64,000 nucleotides of DNA from an uncultured Acidobacteriota bacterium (GTDB lineage: Bacteria; Acidobacteriota; Vicinamibacteria; Vicinamibacterales; SCN-69-37): the NCBI GenBank assembly GCA_963724645.1, contig CAVRVJ010000003.1, positions 279,569 to 343,568 of the forward strand, written 5' to 3'. The translations under genes and the position numbers were made by a program. Numbering within the stretch: position 1 is the first letter of the stretch; every line of letters begins with the position of its first letter. The notes beneath the pieces were generated by a model. The model made no database searches and had not been told where the DNA came from. It saw nothing but the letters and a program-made list of their open reading frames with translations. This document shows, in pieces, positions 17,388-28,499 of this stretch.

Positions 17388-18896
17388 TTGCACTTGCGCG
17401 GTCCGGCCAAACATCTCGGCAAGGGCGTCGCGATTTACGGCGCCGGCGATGCGATCACGAGCGTCATCAACTTCTTTCTCCTCGGCGTCTACGTCAAGTA
17501 CAACATCCTGACGACGGTTGACTACGGCGCGCTTGCTTTGATTCTCTCGGCCGAGACGTTTGCCAAAGTCATCTCGCGCTGGGGCCTCGACGGCGCGTTC
17601 ATGCGCTTCTATTACGACCGCGAAGAGGGCCTGCCGCGGCGCCGGATGGCGAGCACGATCGTCTGGTTCATGGTCGCGGCCAATGGCGCGTGGCTCGCGC
17701 TGGCGCTTGCCGGATCCCGCTGGCTCGCCGGAACGCTCTCGCTCGACGCCGGCTATGTCACGGCGTTGCGCCTGATGTTGGTGAACATGGCGTTGATGGC
17801 ATTCACGTTCGTGCCGCTCCATACCATGCGCATGCGCAAAGAGGCGGCCACGTACAGCGCCTTCACGTTTGCGCGCTCCGCCGGCCAGGTCGTGCTGCGC
17901 GTCGTGTTCGTGATCGGGTTGCGGCTGGGAATCACGGGCATGTACCTGACCGACGTCGTCCTGACGGTGGTCCTGCTCGCCTGCATGTTCCCCTGGCTGC
18001 GATCGCTGGTCGGCTGGTCGTTCTCGACTGCGGAGCTGCGGCAGTCACTGCGTTTCGGACTGCCGCGGCTGCCGGCCGGCCTCGCGTCGCAGGCACTCGA
18101 CAGCAGTCCGAAAATTCTGCTCGGCAGGAGCTTCGCTCAGAGCGAGGTCGGGATCTACCAGAACGGCACGACGCTGGGCACGGCGGTCTCGTTCTTCAAG
18201 ACAGCATTCGAAACTGCCTGGGCGCCGTTTTATTACGAAACCTCGCGAACCCCCGAGGCCAAAACGGTGTTCGCCAAGATGGCCACGTACGGGGTCGCCG
18301 CGCTCGTGCTGCTGGTGGCGGGCACCACGGCGGTCGCCAGGGACGTGATTCTTCTGATCCTCAAGCCTGAGTACCTGGACGCTGTGCCGGTCGTGCCGCT
18401 GATCGGCATCGCCATGGGACTGCAGGGCGTGTACCAACTGACGTCGATCGGCCTGAACTTGACCAGCCGGACGGAGTTCTATTCTGTTTCGACGATTTCC
18501 GCGGCGCTGATCGGCATCGGATCCGGCCTGATCCTGATCCCGCGATTCGGAGTCGTGGGAGCTGCGTCGACCGTGCTGCTGGCGTACGCGACTCAGGCGG
18601 CCGTGGCCTTCGTCCTCGCGCAGCGGTTGTATCCGGTGCCGTACGAGACGGGCCGCCTGACGAGAGTGCTCGTCGCCGGCGTCGGCGCCACGGTGCTGGC
18701 CGGAGTATTGCCGCTCGAGTTGGCCCCGCTGGCCGGATTCATTGTCCGCGGAGCGGCCACCGTGGCGACATATCTCGCATTGCTGTGGATGAGTGGATTC
18801 TTCCGCCCAACCGAGCGGGCATTCATGCGCGAAATGATCGCGCGCGTGAGGCGGCGCCCGGCTGCCGCCGGACCCGCACCCATCGATGTCAACTGA
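17388..18896 (+). CDS. Wzx-like oligosaccharide flippase (MOP family)
   Basis: About 14 TMs, LTTVDYG, LRFGLP, EVGIY, LIPRFGVVGAA. Confidence 0.85.
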   Translation: MHLRGPAKHLGKGVAIYGAGDAITSVINFFLLGVYVKYNILTTVDYGALALILSAETFAKVISRWGLDGAFMRFYYDREEGLPRRRMASTIVWFMVAANGAWLALALAGSRWLAGTLSLDAGYVTALRLMLVNMALMAFTFVPLHTMRMRKEAATYSAFTFARSAGQVVLRVVFVIGLRLGITGMYLTDVVLTVVLLACMFPWLRSLVGWSFSTAELRQSLRFGLPRLPAGLASQALDSSPKILLGRSFAQSEVGIYQNGTTLGTAVSFFKTAFETAWAPFYYETSRTPEAKTVFAKMATYGVAALVLLVAGTTAVARDVILLILKPEYLDAVPVVPLIGIAMGLQGVYQLTSIGLNLTSRTEFYSVSTISAALIGIGSGLILIPRFGVVGAASTVLLAYATQAAVAFVLAQRLYPVPYETGRLTRVLVAGVGATVLAGVLPLELAPLAGFIVRGAATVATYLALLWMSGFFRPTERAFMREMIARVRRRPAAAGPAPIDVN

Positions 18897-20660
18897 GCAC
18901 CGGCTTCGCGTGCCCACGAAGTGGTCGCTTGGCGCGGTCTGTGTCCTGGGCCTCGCGCTCAGGGTCTGGGGCCTCAGCTGGGGACTCCCCGATCTCCATC
19001 ATCCCGATGAGCCATGGATCCTCAATCGCGCCCTTGCCTTCGCAAAGGGCGATCTCAACCCGCACAATTTTCTTTATCCGACCCTGTACTTCTACGTGCT
19101 CTTCGCCTGGGAAGGAATGTTCTTCGTCGTGGGCCGTCTGGCAGGCTGGTACGGGTCCGTCGCTGCATTCGAGCGCGCGTTTTTCGTCGACCCTTCCAGT
19201 GTCGTGCTCGCCGGCCGAGCGCTGACGGCCCTTTTCGGCGTGCTGACAGTGCCTGCGCTTTACCAATTCGGCGCGCGCCTGTACGGCCGCACGTGCGGGC
19301 TGACAGCGGCGCTGCTGCTCGCCGTCGCCCCGTTTGCTGTGCGCGACGCGCACTACATCAAACATGACGTGCCCGTCACGTTGTTCATCGTCCTGACTCA
19401 GGCCGCGGTCGCGCGCCTCGTCGTGGACGCCGAACGCCGCCGCCGACCGGCGCCAATGGCTGATCGCGGGGGCGACAGCCGGCCTGGCACTGTCGACGCA
19501 GTACTACGCGTTCCCTGTCATCCTCCCGATCATCGTGGCCGCCTGGATCGAGGCGAAGCGAACGGGCGCCTGGCGTGCCGCCGCTCGGCCACCTGCTCTG
19601 GGCCGGCGCGGCGTCGATGGGCGCCTTCGTGGCGACGAGCCCGTACTTTCTTCGCGAATTCGGAACGGTCGTGCGCGACATGGCCGCCGTCCGGCAGATT
19701 GACATGGATCGTGCCGTCGCACACGGAGGCGCATTCTCGTCTCTCGGCGCGTACGTCCACATGATCGCGACCGATGCCATCGGATGGACGACGGCCCTGC
19801 TCGCCGTCGCTGGCCTCGTGTTGGCGGTCATCGGCGATCGAAACCGGGGCTTGCTCCTCATCTGCTTCCCGCTGGCGTTTCTCGCGTTTCTCGCCAACAC
19901 CGTGCCGATGAGCCGGTATCTGAATCCGATGTTGCCGTCGCTGGCGCTGGCGGCAGCCGTCGCCCTGGCAAAGATTCTGAATGGACGGTGGCAGTCTTTT
20001 TACAGCGCCCGTCGAAAGACCCCCGGTATCATTTTCGCGGCGGTCCTGACGGCTGTTGTCCTGCCTGGTCTCATCGGCAGCCTCCGCGCCGACGCGTTCT
20101 ACCGGCAGGCGGACACGCGCACGCTGGCCCGGGAGTTCATCGCACGCACGGTGCCGGCCGGCGCCACCGTCCTGGTCCAGCCGCATGGCGTGCAGCTCCG
20201 CGCCTCACGCGAGGCGCTGCTGGAGGCTCTCCGCGCGCACCTCGGGTCGGAAACTGCGGCGTCGATCAAGTTTCAAAAGCAACTGGAGGCCGCCTCGCGG
20301 GTGGCGCCGACCTATCGCGTGCTGTACCTTGGGCGAGCGACCGACGGCGGCTTCGATCCGGACAAGATCTACGTAGCGCCCGACGCGTTCGACGCTGCGG
20401 CCGGTTTGCAGCCCCTCCGAGACCTTCGGGTGGCGTACGTGGCAGTAAACCGTTACAATAACGGGACTTCGGCATTCGGGTCGCTGGACGCGGCGCTTCA
20501 ACGGGAGGCGCGCCTGCTCGTCACGTTTTCGCCGTATCGCGCGGAGGCCGGCCCGAGCCAACGCGCGGCGATCGCGCCGTTTTTCCACAACACCGCGGAT
20601 CGGATCGATCCGGCGCTCGAGCGGCCTGGACCAATCGTCGAAGTCTGGCGAATTGAATGA
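18886..20660 (+). CDS. GT-C/ArnT-like glycosyltransferase (frameshifts near 19440 and 19580)
   Basis: HHPDE, LNPHNFLYP, GRALTA, RYLNP, DTRTLA; three frames join into one protein. Confidence 0.78.
19980..20035. repeat. Degenerate copy of the 1981-2029 palindromic element inside a CDS
   Basis: AATGGACGGTGGCAGTCTTTTT...AAAGACCCCCGGTATCATTTT resembles AGTCTTTTT...AAAGGACTCCCGGCATCATTT. Confidence 0.55.
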
Positions 20661-20664
20661 ATAG

Positions 20665-20762
20665 AGGCGCGTCGAAGACGCATCTCACCGGAGCGAGGCG
20701 GGCCGTGGGGGTCCCTGCGAGCGAGGGTCGCAAGGGAGTCCGCCGGGGCGAGTCCCCCGGAA
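20665..20762. repeat. Intergenic multi-hairpin REP-like element
   Basis: GCGTC-GAA-GACGC, CCCTGCGA..TCGCAAGGG and CCGGGG-CGAGT-CCCCGG hairpins in series. Confidence 0.55.
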
Positions 20763-20763
20763 A

Positions 20764-21992
20764 ATGATGGAACTGAACCGTCGCCTGAAAGAGACCGTGG
20801 CGCGCCGCGCGCGTGGGATCCCGTTCCTCACGCACGCCTGGGCGAGGTATCGGCCGGAAACGCTACGAGCGCCGCGTCGAGAGCTTCCTGCGTGAAAAGG
20901 ACGGACACGCGGGACGGCTGCCGGCGGGCGTGGTCTACGAAGCGACGATGCGCTGCAACCTGCACTGCGAGTTCTGCTACGTCGGCGATCTGCTGAACAT
21001 CGAAGGCGAATGGCGGGAGGAACTGCCGCTCGACGTGCTGCCGTCGCGCCTTCCCGGACGACGCCGGCCTGCAGGTGAGCCTGACTGGCGGCGAGATCTT
21101 CATGCGCAAGGACATCCTGGGTGTCATGGACGTCTTCAAGCACAAGGGCTACACCTGCGGCTACCTGACGACGAACGGGACGATCATCAGCGAGGAACGG
21201 GCCGATGCGCTCGCCGAGCTGGCGCGCGCGGGCTTTCTCAAGCACATCAGCGTCTCGGTCGACGGCCCTGGCGAGCTGCACGATAAGGCGCGCGGCGTGG
21301 CGGGAACGTTCGAGCGTACTGCCGCAGGTCTGCGTCGGCTGCAGGCAGCCGCCCGGCGGAAGCATGCGCCACTGCGTGTCAGCATCAATACGACAGTCGC
21401 TCACGAAACGCTTGACGCGCTCGATCGAATGGTCGACGTCGCCGTCGAGCTCGGCGTCGACGCGATCGGCCTGAATCATCTGATGTTCAGCACGCCCGAA
21501 GAAGTGGCGGAAACCGTGCGCCTCACCGGCGCTGCAGGGCCATCGGCAATCTCGACGTTCGTCACGTCGGACCCCGGCGTTGCCGCGGCTCGCGTCCGTG
21601 CGCAGGTCGACGCGCTCGCGGCCAAGTGCCGCGCGCGCAATATCCGCTTCGACATGCGGCCAAAGGTGGGCCCGGCCATTCTGCAGGACTACTACACTCC
21701 CGGCCGCCGGCTCGAAGGCCGCTGTCTGTATCCTTTCCTGCATGCGCGCGTGTCGTTCAGCGGCAAGGTATATTTTTGTCCGTTCATCCGCGTCGAGGTG
21801 GGGGATCTGACGACGCAGTCGCTCGAAGAGGTATGGACGGGCGACCGCTACGTCGCGCTGCGGAAGCGGCTGGTCGACGAAGGGCTGTTTCCGGTCTGCC
21901 GGCGCTGCTGCAAGGTCGAGTTGTCGGGAGGCGCCGCCGGCGCCGAACGTGAGCCGGCAAAGTTCGAGCTGGAAGTGGTGGAGTGCAAGTGA
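20764..21992 (+). CDS. Radical SAM/SPASM protein (frameshifts near 20850 and 21045)
   Basis: CNLHCEFC, LTGGE, TTNG, SVSVDG, C-terminal CLYPF..FCPF..CRRCC. Confidence 0.85.
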
Positions 21993-23488
21993 GCGGACCG
22001 ATGTTGGGGACCAGGACGTTGCTCGTGAATCCGCCGCTCATCGGCGGCATCGCGTTCACCCGGCAGGGGCGCTGTCAGGAACGCGAGGAAGTCCTCGGCA
22101 CGACGAAGCCGCCGTACACGCTCGCGCTTGCCGCCGCGCTCCTGCGCGATCGCGGATTCGAGGTGCGTCTGGTCGATCTGACCGCGACGGCGCGTTCCGT
22201 GGACGATCTGATCGCACGGCTGGACGCCGAAGGGTTCGTGCCGACGATGATCGTGTTCCCCAGCACGACGCCGACGTTCGACGCCGATGTCGCGCAGATG
22301 GCCCGCCTGAAGGCGCGGTACGGCGCCCCGCTCTTTTGCTTCGGCCCGCAGGCCTCCTGCACGCCGCAGGAGTCGATGGACCGGGCCCCCGAGGTCGACG
22401 GCCTCTTCGTCGGCGAACCCGAGGACGGCCTGCTCGCAGCTGGCCGGCCTCGATTCGATCGATCGGCTGGAAGAGGTTCCGGCGCTCACGTTTCGACACG
22501 GCGGCCGGATCGTGCCGCACCGGGCGCACGGCTCGTTCGCCGGCTTCCTGGACGCGCCCTGCCCGGCCTGGGATCTGCTCGACCTCGATCGCTACCGCAT
22601 GCCGCTGACCAACCGCCCCTACGTCATCGTCGAAACGTCACGCGGATGCCCGTATTCCTGCGACTTCTGCGTGGCGCCGATTCATCAGGGTCACAAGTTT
22701 CGAGAGAAGAGCGCAAAGGCGCTCGTCGATGAGATCGAACATCTCTACCGGACGTTCGGCCTGCAGTTCTTCTATCTCTGGGGCGACACCGTCACGCTCA
22801 ACGTGAAGACGTTTCGGCAGCGTTTTGCGAGGAGCTCATCGCGCGGCGGTTGCCGATTCAGTGGTTCGGCAACGCCAGAGCCGACAATCTCGTGGATCCT
22901 GCGTTCGTCGCCGCGGCTGAAAGCGTCGGGCTGCTGGATGCTGGCGCTCGGGATCGAAACGGAGTCCGACAGCACGCGCAAGGACATGATGAAGCGGCTC
23001 GAGGGGCAGAAGATCCGCCTCGCCATCAAGAACATGCGGGCGGCCGGCGTGCGGTCGTTCGGGTTTTTCATCCTCGGCTATCCCGGCGAAACGCCGGCCA
23101 ACCTGGACCGCACGATCGAGTACGCGTTGGAGCTGGATCCGGATTTTGCGAATTTCTATCCGGCCGTGCCGTACCCCGGAACGGAGCTGTACGCGAAGGC
23201 GAAGCGCGATGGATTGCTGGCGAGCGAGGACTGGACGCGCATGGAGTATTCCTACTACCTGCTGCGCGGCAACGGGCTCGACGAGAAGATGGTCATGGGC
23301 GCGATCAATCGCGCGCGGCGGCGATTCTTCCTCCGGCCGACTACCTGCTCCGCCACACCGGCGATGTCCTGCGCCTGGTCACCTCCAAGTGGGGGGTCGT
23401 CTGGCATATCGCGTCGCGCGTGATGTTCGGCGCGGCCGTCACGGACGCGGGCAGTCTGTCTCCGCCGGCCGATCAGCGTGCCGCCTAG
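21989..23488 (+). CDS. B12-binding radical SAM protein (several frameshifts)
   Basis: LLVNPP..KPPYTLA cobalamin-binding domain, TSRGCPYSCDFC, LGIET, FILGYPGET, PYPGTELY. Confidence 0.85.
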
Positions 23489-24261
23489 GCGTTGCGGGGA
23501 GCCGCTCGACGTCGGCCAAACTCAACGGCCGATAGTCGCGGGCCGGCATCCGCCGCGACCAGCGGAGCCAGTACAAGTCCCTCAATTGCACGAGATAGCT
23601 GGCTGCTTCCCGAAAGCTCATCTTGCTCTCGCCGAGCTCACGATCGTCAAACCGATACGGCAGCTCGACAATGCGCGTCGGCCAGCCGCGGACGAGCAAC
23701 TCCAGGCAAATCTTGAACCCGCCGGCCTGGATGGTCACGCCGCGCGCGATCGAGGCGCGGATCAGGAAGAATCCGGACGCGGCGTCCCGAATCGGCGACA
23801 AGGGCCGCGCCAGCAGACACGCCAGCCGTGAGAGCAGGCGGCGCCGCATCGGCCAATTCGGCGTGCTGCCGCCTGGCAGATACCGGCTGGCCACGACCAG
23901 GTCCGCTGAACTCGCCTGCATCGCCGCGAACATTCGCGGCACGAGCGCTGGCGGATGGCTGAAGTCCGCGTCCATGACGCCGACGACACTCCGCCGAGGC
24001 GGCGGCGAACCCTTCGACGACCGCCGTGCCAAGGCCGAGCTTCCCGGCGCGGTGGATGACACGGATCCGATGAGATCGCGCCAGGTCATCGGCAATCTCA
24101 CCCGTGCCGTCCGGCGAGTTGTCGTCCACGATGACCAGTTCGAGCGCGAGCCCGTGCGGCTCGACCGCGTCAAACAGCGCCCTCACCAGCTCGGCCAGCC
24201 GATCCCGTTCGTTGTAGGTCGGGACGACGATCGTCAGATCGGCCGCCGGGACGCCTGCCAC
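23439..24261 (-). CDS. Polyprenol monophosphomannose synthase-like GT2 (frameshift near 23995)
   Basis: [39 protein letters not shown]. Confidence 0.87.
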
Positions 24262-24267
24262 GTGAGC

Positions 24268-24275
24268 ACTATAAT
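24268..24275. promoter_or_regulatory. Overlapping divergent -10 boxes
   Basis: TATAAT on + (24270-24275) and TATAGT on - (24273-24268) in a 32-bp divergent gap. Confidence 0.6.
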
Positions 24276-24293
24276 TCAAGCCACTACGGCAGC

Positions 24294-25920
24294 ATGACGC
24301 GCGCGGAGACCGCACCAGCATCACACGCGATCGTGTGGACGCTCGTCCTGGTGATGCTGCTGGCGGCGCGGCTGCCGTCGCTGGTCGAGCCGGCAGGCGC
24401 CGACCAGAGCCTGTACGCGTACGTCGGTCAGCGCATCAACGCGGGTGATGTCGCGTACCGCGATGCGTGGGATCAGAAGCCGCCGGCCATTCATTTCATC
24501 TATGCAGGGCTCTGGCAGCGTGTGGCCGCACGATCGAAGTCGTCGCCGCCGCCGATCTCATGGCGGCCGGCGTCGTCGCCTGGCTGCTGGTCATGCTCGG
24601 CCATCGCACGTTCGGATCGAGCGCAGGCTTCCTGGCAGCCGGGCTGTTCCTGGTGCTCGGAAATCCGGCGATCCAGCGACTGAGCGGTGTCCGCGTGCGC
24701 GCGCAATGCGAAACGTTCGTCGCGCTCGCCGTGACCGCGGCGATGGTCATCCTGGCGGGCAAGGACGCCGGCAGGCGGGTTCACCTCGTGCTGGCCGGCG
24801 TCCTCCTGGGCCTGGCATTCTGGCTCAAGTACAACGCGGGCATCTACGTGCTGCCCGCCCTCGCACTGGCTGCAGAACCACTGAGGCTTGCCGGGCGGGG
24901 GGTGACGGGCCGCGGCCTGCTCTTGCGAGCCCAGTCAACCTGTGAAATTCGCTGGCCGCTCGGGTTCGCCTTCGTCGGCGTCGCGTTTCTCGGATATTTC
25001 GCGGCGCACGGCGCGCTGGCCGATCTCGGTCTCGCGACGGTCTCCTACAACCTTCAGTACTCGGGCGAGACGTACGACAGCTTTCGAGGCGTGCTCGACT
25101 ATCTGACATTTCCCATCGACCGGGCCAAGCTCGACTTGCTGTGGTATCTCGGCGGGATTGGCGCGCTCGTGCTGCTCTTGACGGAGCGGCGAAACCTCCA
25201 TGCGTGGGTCACGATCGGATGGATCGCCGCCGCCTGTGTATCGATTGCGGTAAACGGCGCGCGAAATCTGCCTCAGTATTTCGTCCAGGCGAATCCCGCG
25301 CTGGCGTTGGCCGCCGGCGCCGGTTGGATGCCGCTCGTGCGCCGCAGCACGCCGGCGCTCGCGCGCCTGTGCCTTGCAGGCCTGCTGTTGGCGGGCATGT
25401 GGAAGGTCGGAGATGAACGCGCACTGTTTCGGCTTGGTGGGCTGCCCGAGGCCGTGCGAAATACGTGGTTCGATCTCGACTACGCGCGCGGGCGGGTCGA
25501 CCGCGCGTGGCGTACCTGCGTCGATTTCAGCAGCAGGCGGAGGCAAAATACGTGCCCCTCGCCGCCGAAGAACTCACAGCACGGGTCCAGGCCACGACCT
25601 CCCCGACCGATCGAATTCTCGTGTTCGGCCTCGCCGCGAATGTGTACGTCAACGCACCGCGTCAAAGCGCGTCGCGGTTCTTCTGGAGCCGCCCGGTCGT
25701 CGTGGAATTCGGCCGCGGGCGGCCAGGTTACGGATCGGCCGGCCTGCTGCAGGATCTTCGACGGACGCCTCCGGCCCTCGTCGCCCTGCAGAAACACTGG
25801 GACGATCCAAGCCCGAGGGACTTCTTCATGAGCAATCCGCCGCTGCGCGCCTGGCTCGAGTCAGGCTACGTCCTGGCAGACGACACGCCTGAGTTCACGA
25901 TCTGGCGGCGGCGGACGTGA
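24294..25920 (+). CDS. GT-C/ArnT-like membrane glycosyltransferase (frameshifts near 24525 and 25505)
   Basis: [31 protein letters not shown]. Confidence 0.78.
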
Positions 25921-27641
25921 TGACGCGACGAACGTTCGTCGCCGGCACGCTCCTTATCCTGACGGTTGGCGCCGTGCTGCGGTTCGCGTGGCTGACGAGC
26001 GATCCGCCGACGGCGGCCGTGGTCGGCGTCGTCTGGCACGACGAGGGTGCCTGGGTGCACAACGCCAGAAATCGGGCGTTGTGGGGCGCGTGGCGAACGG
26101 ACAACTGGAACCCGGTGTACCTCGCCCCCGTCTTCACTGGTCTCGAGTACGGCGCGTTTCGGATCCTCGGCGTCGGTACCTGGGAGGCGCGCGTTGTCCC
26201 AGCAAGCTCCGGGCTGATCGCCATTGCCTTGCTCATGGCCGGTCTCGGCGCCCTTCGAGGACGGTATGCCGCCCTCCTGGGCGGCGCGCTGCTCGCGGGC
26301 AACTATGTCTTCGTGATGTGGAATCGCGCCGCGCTGATGGAATCCACGATGACGTCGTTGATCGTCGTCAGTTGGGCGGCCTACGCGCTCTCGGAGCGCA
26401 CGCCGGCGTGGGGACTCGCCGCGGGTGCGGCCGCGGTGCTTGCCTTCTTCACCAAGGCCTCGGCGGCATTCTTCATTGCGGCTCTGCTCTTTGAAGTGTT
26501 GACCACGGTCGCGCTTGAAAGGCGGATGACGGAGAGCCTGGCGACTCGTGATGGAGGCGCAGCCGCGGGCGCGCTCCGCGCTGCGGCCGGGGTGGCCATC
26601 GCCGCGGCGGTCATTGGCGCGTTGTTCGTTCTTCCGCACTGGTCCGAATTCCAGTTCTACAACTGGCAGATGTCGGTCACTCGCAAACCCGAGTACAGCC
26701 TGCACGCGCTGCTCGTCCGCGCTTCGTGGCTGCCTCTCGTACACGATTTCTTCTCGTGGATGTGGCCGCTGTTGGTGTTCGCCTGCATCGGCATCGTGAA
26801 CGTTGTCATCCGCTGGGGCTCGGCTCGGCCCGCGCATCGCCTTCTGGTCTTGTGGGTTGTCGTCGGCCTGATCGAACTCATCGTCCACGACTCAGGAAAC
26901 GAGCGGCGATACGTGATGTTTCTGCCTGCGCTCATCGCGCTGGCCGCACTCTGGCTCGTTCCATTCCCCGGTGTGTCTTCATCGTCGGATGCCATCCAGC
27001 CCCGGAAGCTGTGGGTGGTCGTGCCGCTCCTGCTCGGGCTCGGCTACCTCGTCGCGGGCAGCCTCGTTCGAGTGGCATTTCTCGAACAGATCCATGCCGG
27101 CCATCTGCACACGACCGTCGTGATCTCGACGGCGGCGGCGAGTCTTGGAGTGTTGCTCATGTTCGTCCGGTGGAGATCGTGGCTGGCCTGGCTGGCCGTC
27201 GGCCGTTCGCGCCTGCCGGGAGCGATCGCGATGGCGGCCGTGCTCCTGACGCTCGGGATCGACCTCGCCCACTTCACGCAATGGGCGATCAGGCGGCAGG
27301 ACCTGAACTATCAGGCCTCCGTCGAAGTCGGGCGGCGGCTCGCGCCGGGCACGCTCGTGCAGGGCAAGCTGGCCAACGGCCTCTCGCTGGAGAACCAAAT
27401 CAGGCCGATCTTCATCGGGCACGGGTTCGGCAATTACGACGACCGCCTGCAGCGCGATGACGTGCGCTATATACTGACCTACGTCTCTCCGAGCGTAGGC
27501 TTCGAGAGCCAGGCGGGCTCCGATCTGATTCAGGAGCTTCTGAATCGATATCCCCACCGGCGCACCGTTGCGACGTTGACGGTCAACGAGACCGGCGGCT
27601 TCGATCGCGCCGCGCTCATCGACAAGGTCCCGGGAAGATAA
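25917..27641 (+). CDS. GT-C/ArnT-like membrane glycosyltransferase
   Basis: WHDEG, GVGTWEAR, NRAALME, FTKA, ERRY. Confidence 0.8.
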   Translation: MMTRRTFVAGTLLILTVGAVLRFAWLTSDPPTAAVVGVVWHDEGAWVHNARNRALWGAWRTDNWNPVYLAPVFTGLEYGAFRILGVGTWEARVVPASSGLIAIALLMAGLGALRGRYAALLGGALLAGNYVFVMWNRAALMESTMTSLIVVSWAAYALSERTPAWGLAAGAAAVLAFFTKASAAFFIAALLFEVLTTVALERRMTESLATRDGGAAAGALRAAAGVAIAAAVIGALFVLPHWSEFQFYNWQMSVTRKPEYSLHALLVRASWLPLVHDFFSWMWPLLVFACIGIVNVVIRWGSARPAHRLLVLWVVVGLIELIVHDSGNERRYVMFLPALIALAALWLVPFPGVSSSSDAIQPRKLWVVVPLLLGLGYLVAGSLVRVAFLEQIHAGHLHTTVVISTAAASLGVLLMFVRWRSWLAWLAVGRSRLPGAIAMAAVLLTLGIDLAHFTQWAIRRQDLNYQASVEVGRRLAPGTLVQGKLANGLSLENQIRPIFIGHGFGNYDDRLQRDDVRYILTYVSPSVGFESQAGSDLIQELLNRYPHRRTVATLTVNETGGFDRAALIDKVPGR

Positions 27642-28499
27642 GTGCGCCAGATTCGAGAAGACTTGATCAAAGCGCATGCCGATCGGCGCTTTCGATCCGA
27701 ATACGACTACGCGCTGTTCGAGTACTACCGCAGCGCCAAGGTCATCGCGTTCCTGGAGCGCGCCGGGGTACGGATCGCCGGGTGGGTCCTGGATGCCGGC
27801 TGCGGCGGCGGGGGGATGCCTCTCTCGCTCGCCGAGCACGCCACCACTGTGATCGGGATCGATCCGATCGATCGGTTCGGGCACGCGGGCGTCACGCTCG
27901 CCGTCGAACGGCACGTCGGAAACCTGCGGTTTCTGCGAGCGGACGGAATGGCCATGCCCTTCAAGGCGGGCACGTTCGATCTGGTGCTGTCTCACGCGGT
28001 CATCGAGCACGTTCCCGATGCCGATCGCTACCTCCGGGAGTGCCGGCGCGTGATGAAGCCGGGCGGCCGGTTCTACTTGTCCACCGCGCCCTACCTCTCG
28101 TTTGCCGGCGCGCATCTGCCGCGGTTGCGGGTGCCCGTACCCTTGCACTTGATCGCCGGCCGGCCGGTTGCCTTCCGGACGTTTCGCTGGCTCGCGCGGC
28201 ACGCCGCCTGGACGCTTCGCGAGCCCGCGCACGAGAACTCGTTCATCCGGGACGCCCGGCGTGGCGTGGAGAAGGAGGACGACCTGCTCGAGAAGGTTCG
28301 CGTCCGGCGCCTTCGCGATCAGATTGCAGCGGCGGGCCTGCGGACGATTCGCGAGGAACTGCACGTCACCGCAACGGTGCGGCGCCTGCCGGCGCCACTG
28401 GAGCGCTGGGTCCGCGACAGCCCCCTGATTCAGGATGCGCTGATCAGCAACATGGAATACGTTCTGGCGCCCGGCGGCAACGCACGCCCTCATGGCTGA
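27642..28499 (+). CDS. Class I SAM-dependent methyltransferase
   Basis: VLDAGCGGGG, ADGMAMPF, FDLVLSHAVIEH, MKPGG. Confidence 0.9.
   Translation: MRQIREDLIKAHADRRFRSEYDYALFEYYRSAKVIAFLERAGVRIAGWVLDAGCGGGGMPLSLAEHATTVIGIDPIDRFGHAGVTLAVERHVGNLRFLRADGMAMPFKAGTFDLVLSHAVIEHVPDADRYLRECRRVMKPGGRFYLSTAPYLSFAGAHLPRLRVPVPLHLIAGRPVAFRTFRWLARHAAWTLREPAHENSFIRDARRGVEKEDDLLEKVRVRRLRDQIAAAGLRTIREELHVTATVRRLPAPLERWVRDSPLIQDALISNMEYVLAPGGNARPHG

Noticed and set aside
21989-23488. B12 radical SAM as a tetraether-lipid or hopanoid-modifying enzyme
   Set aside because: No diagnostic motifs visible by eye and no lipid-pathway genes adjacent; cannot be supported without a search
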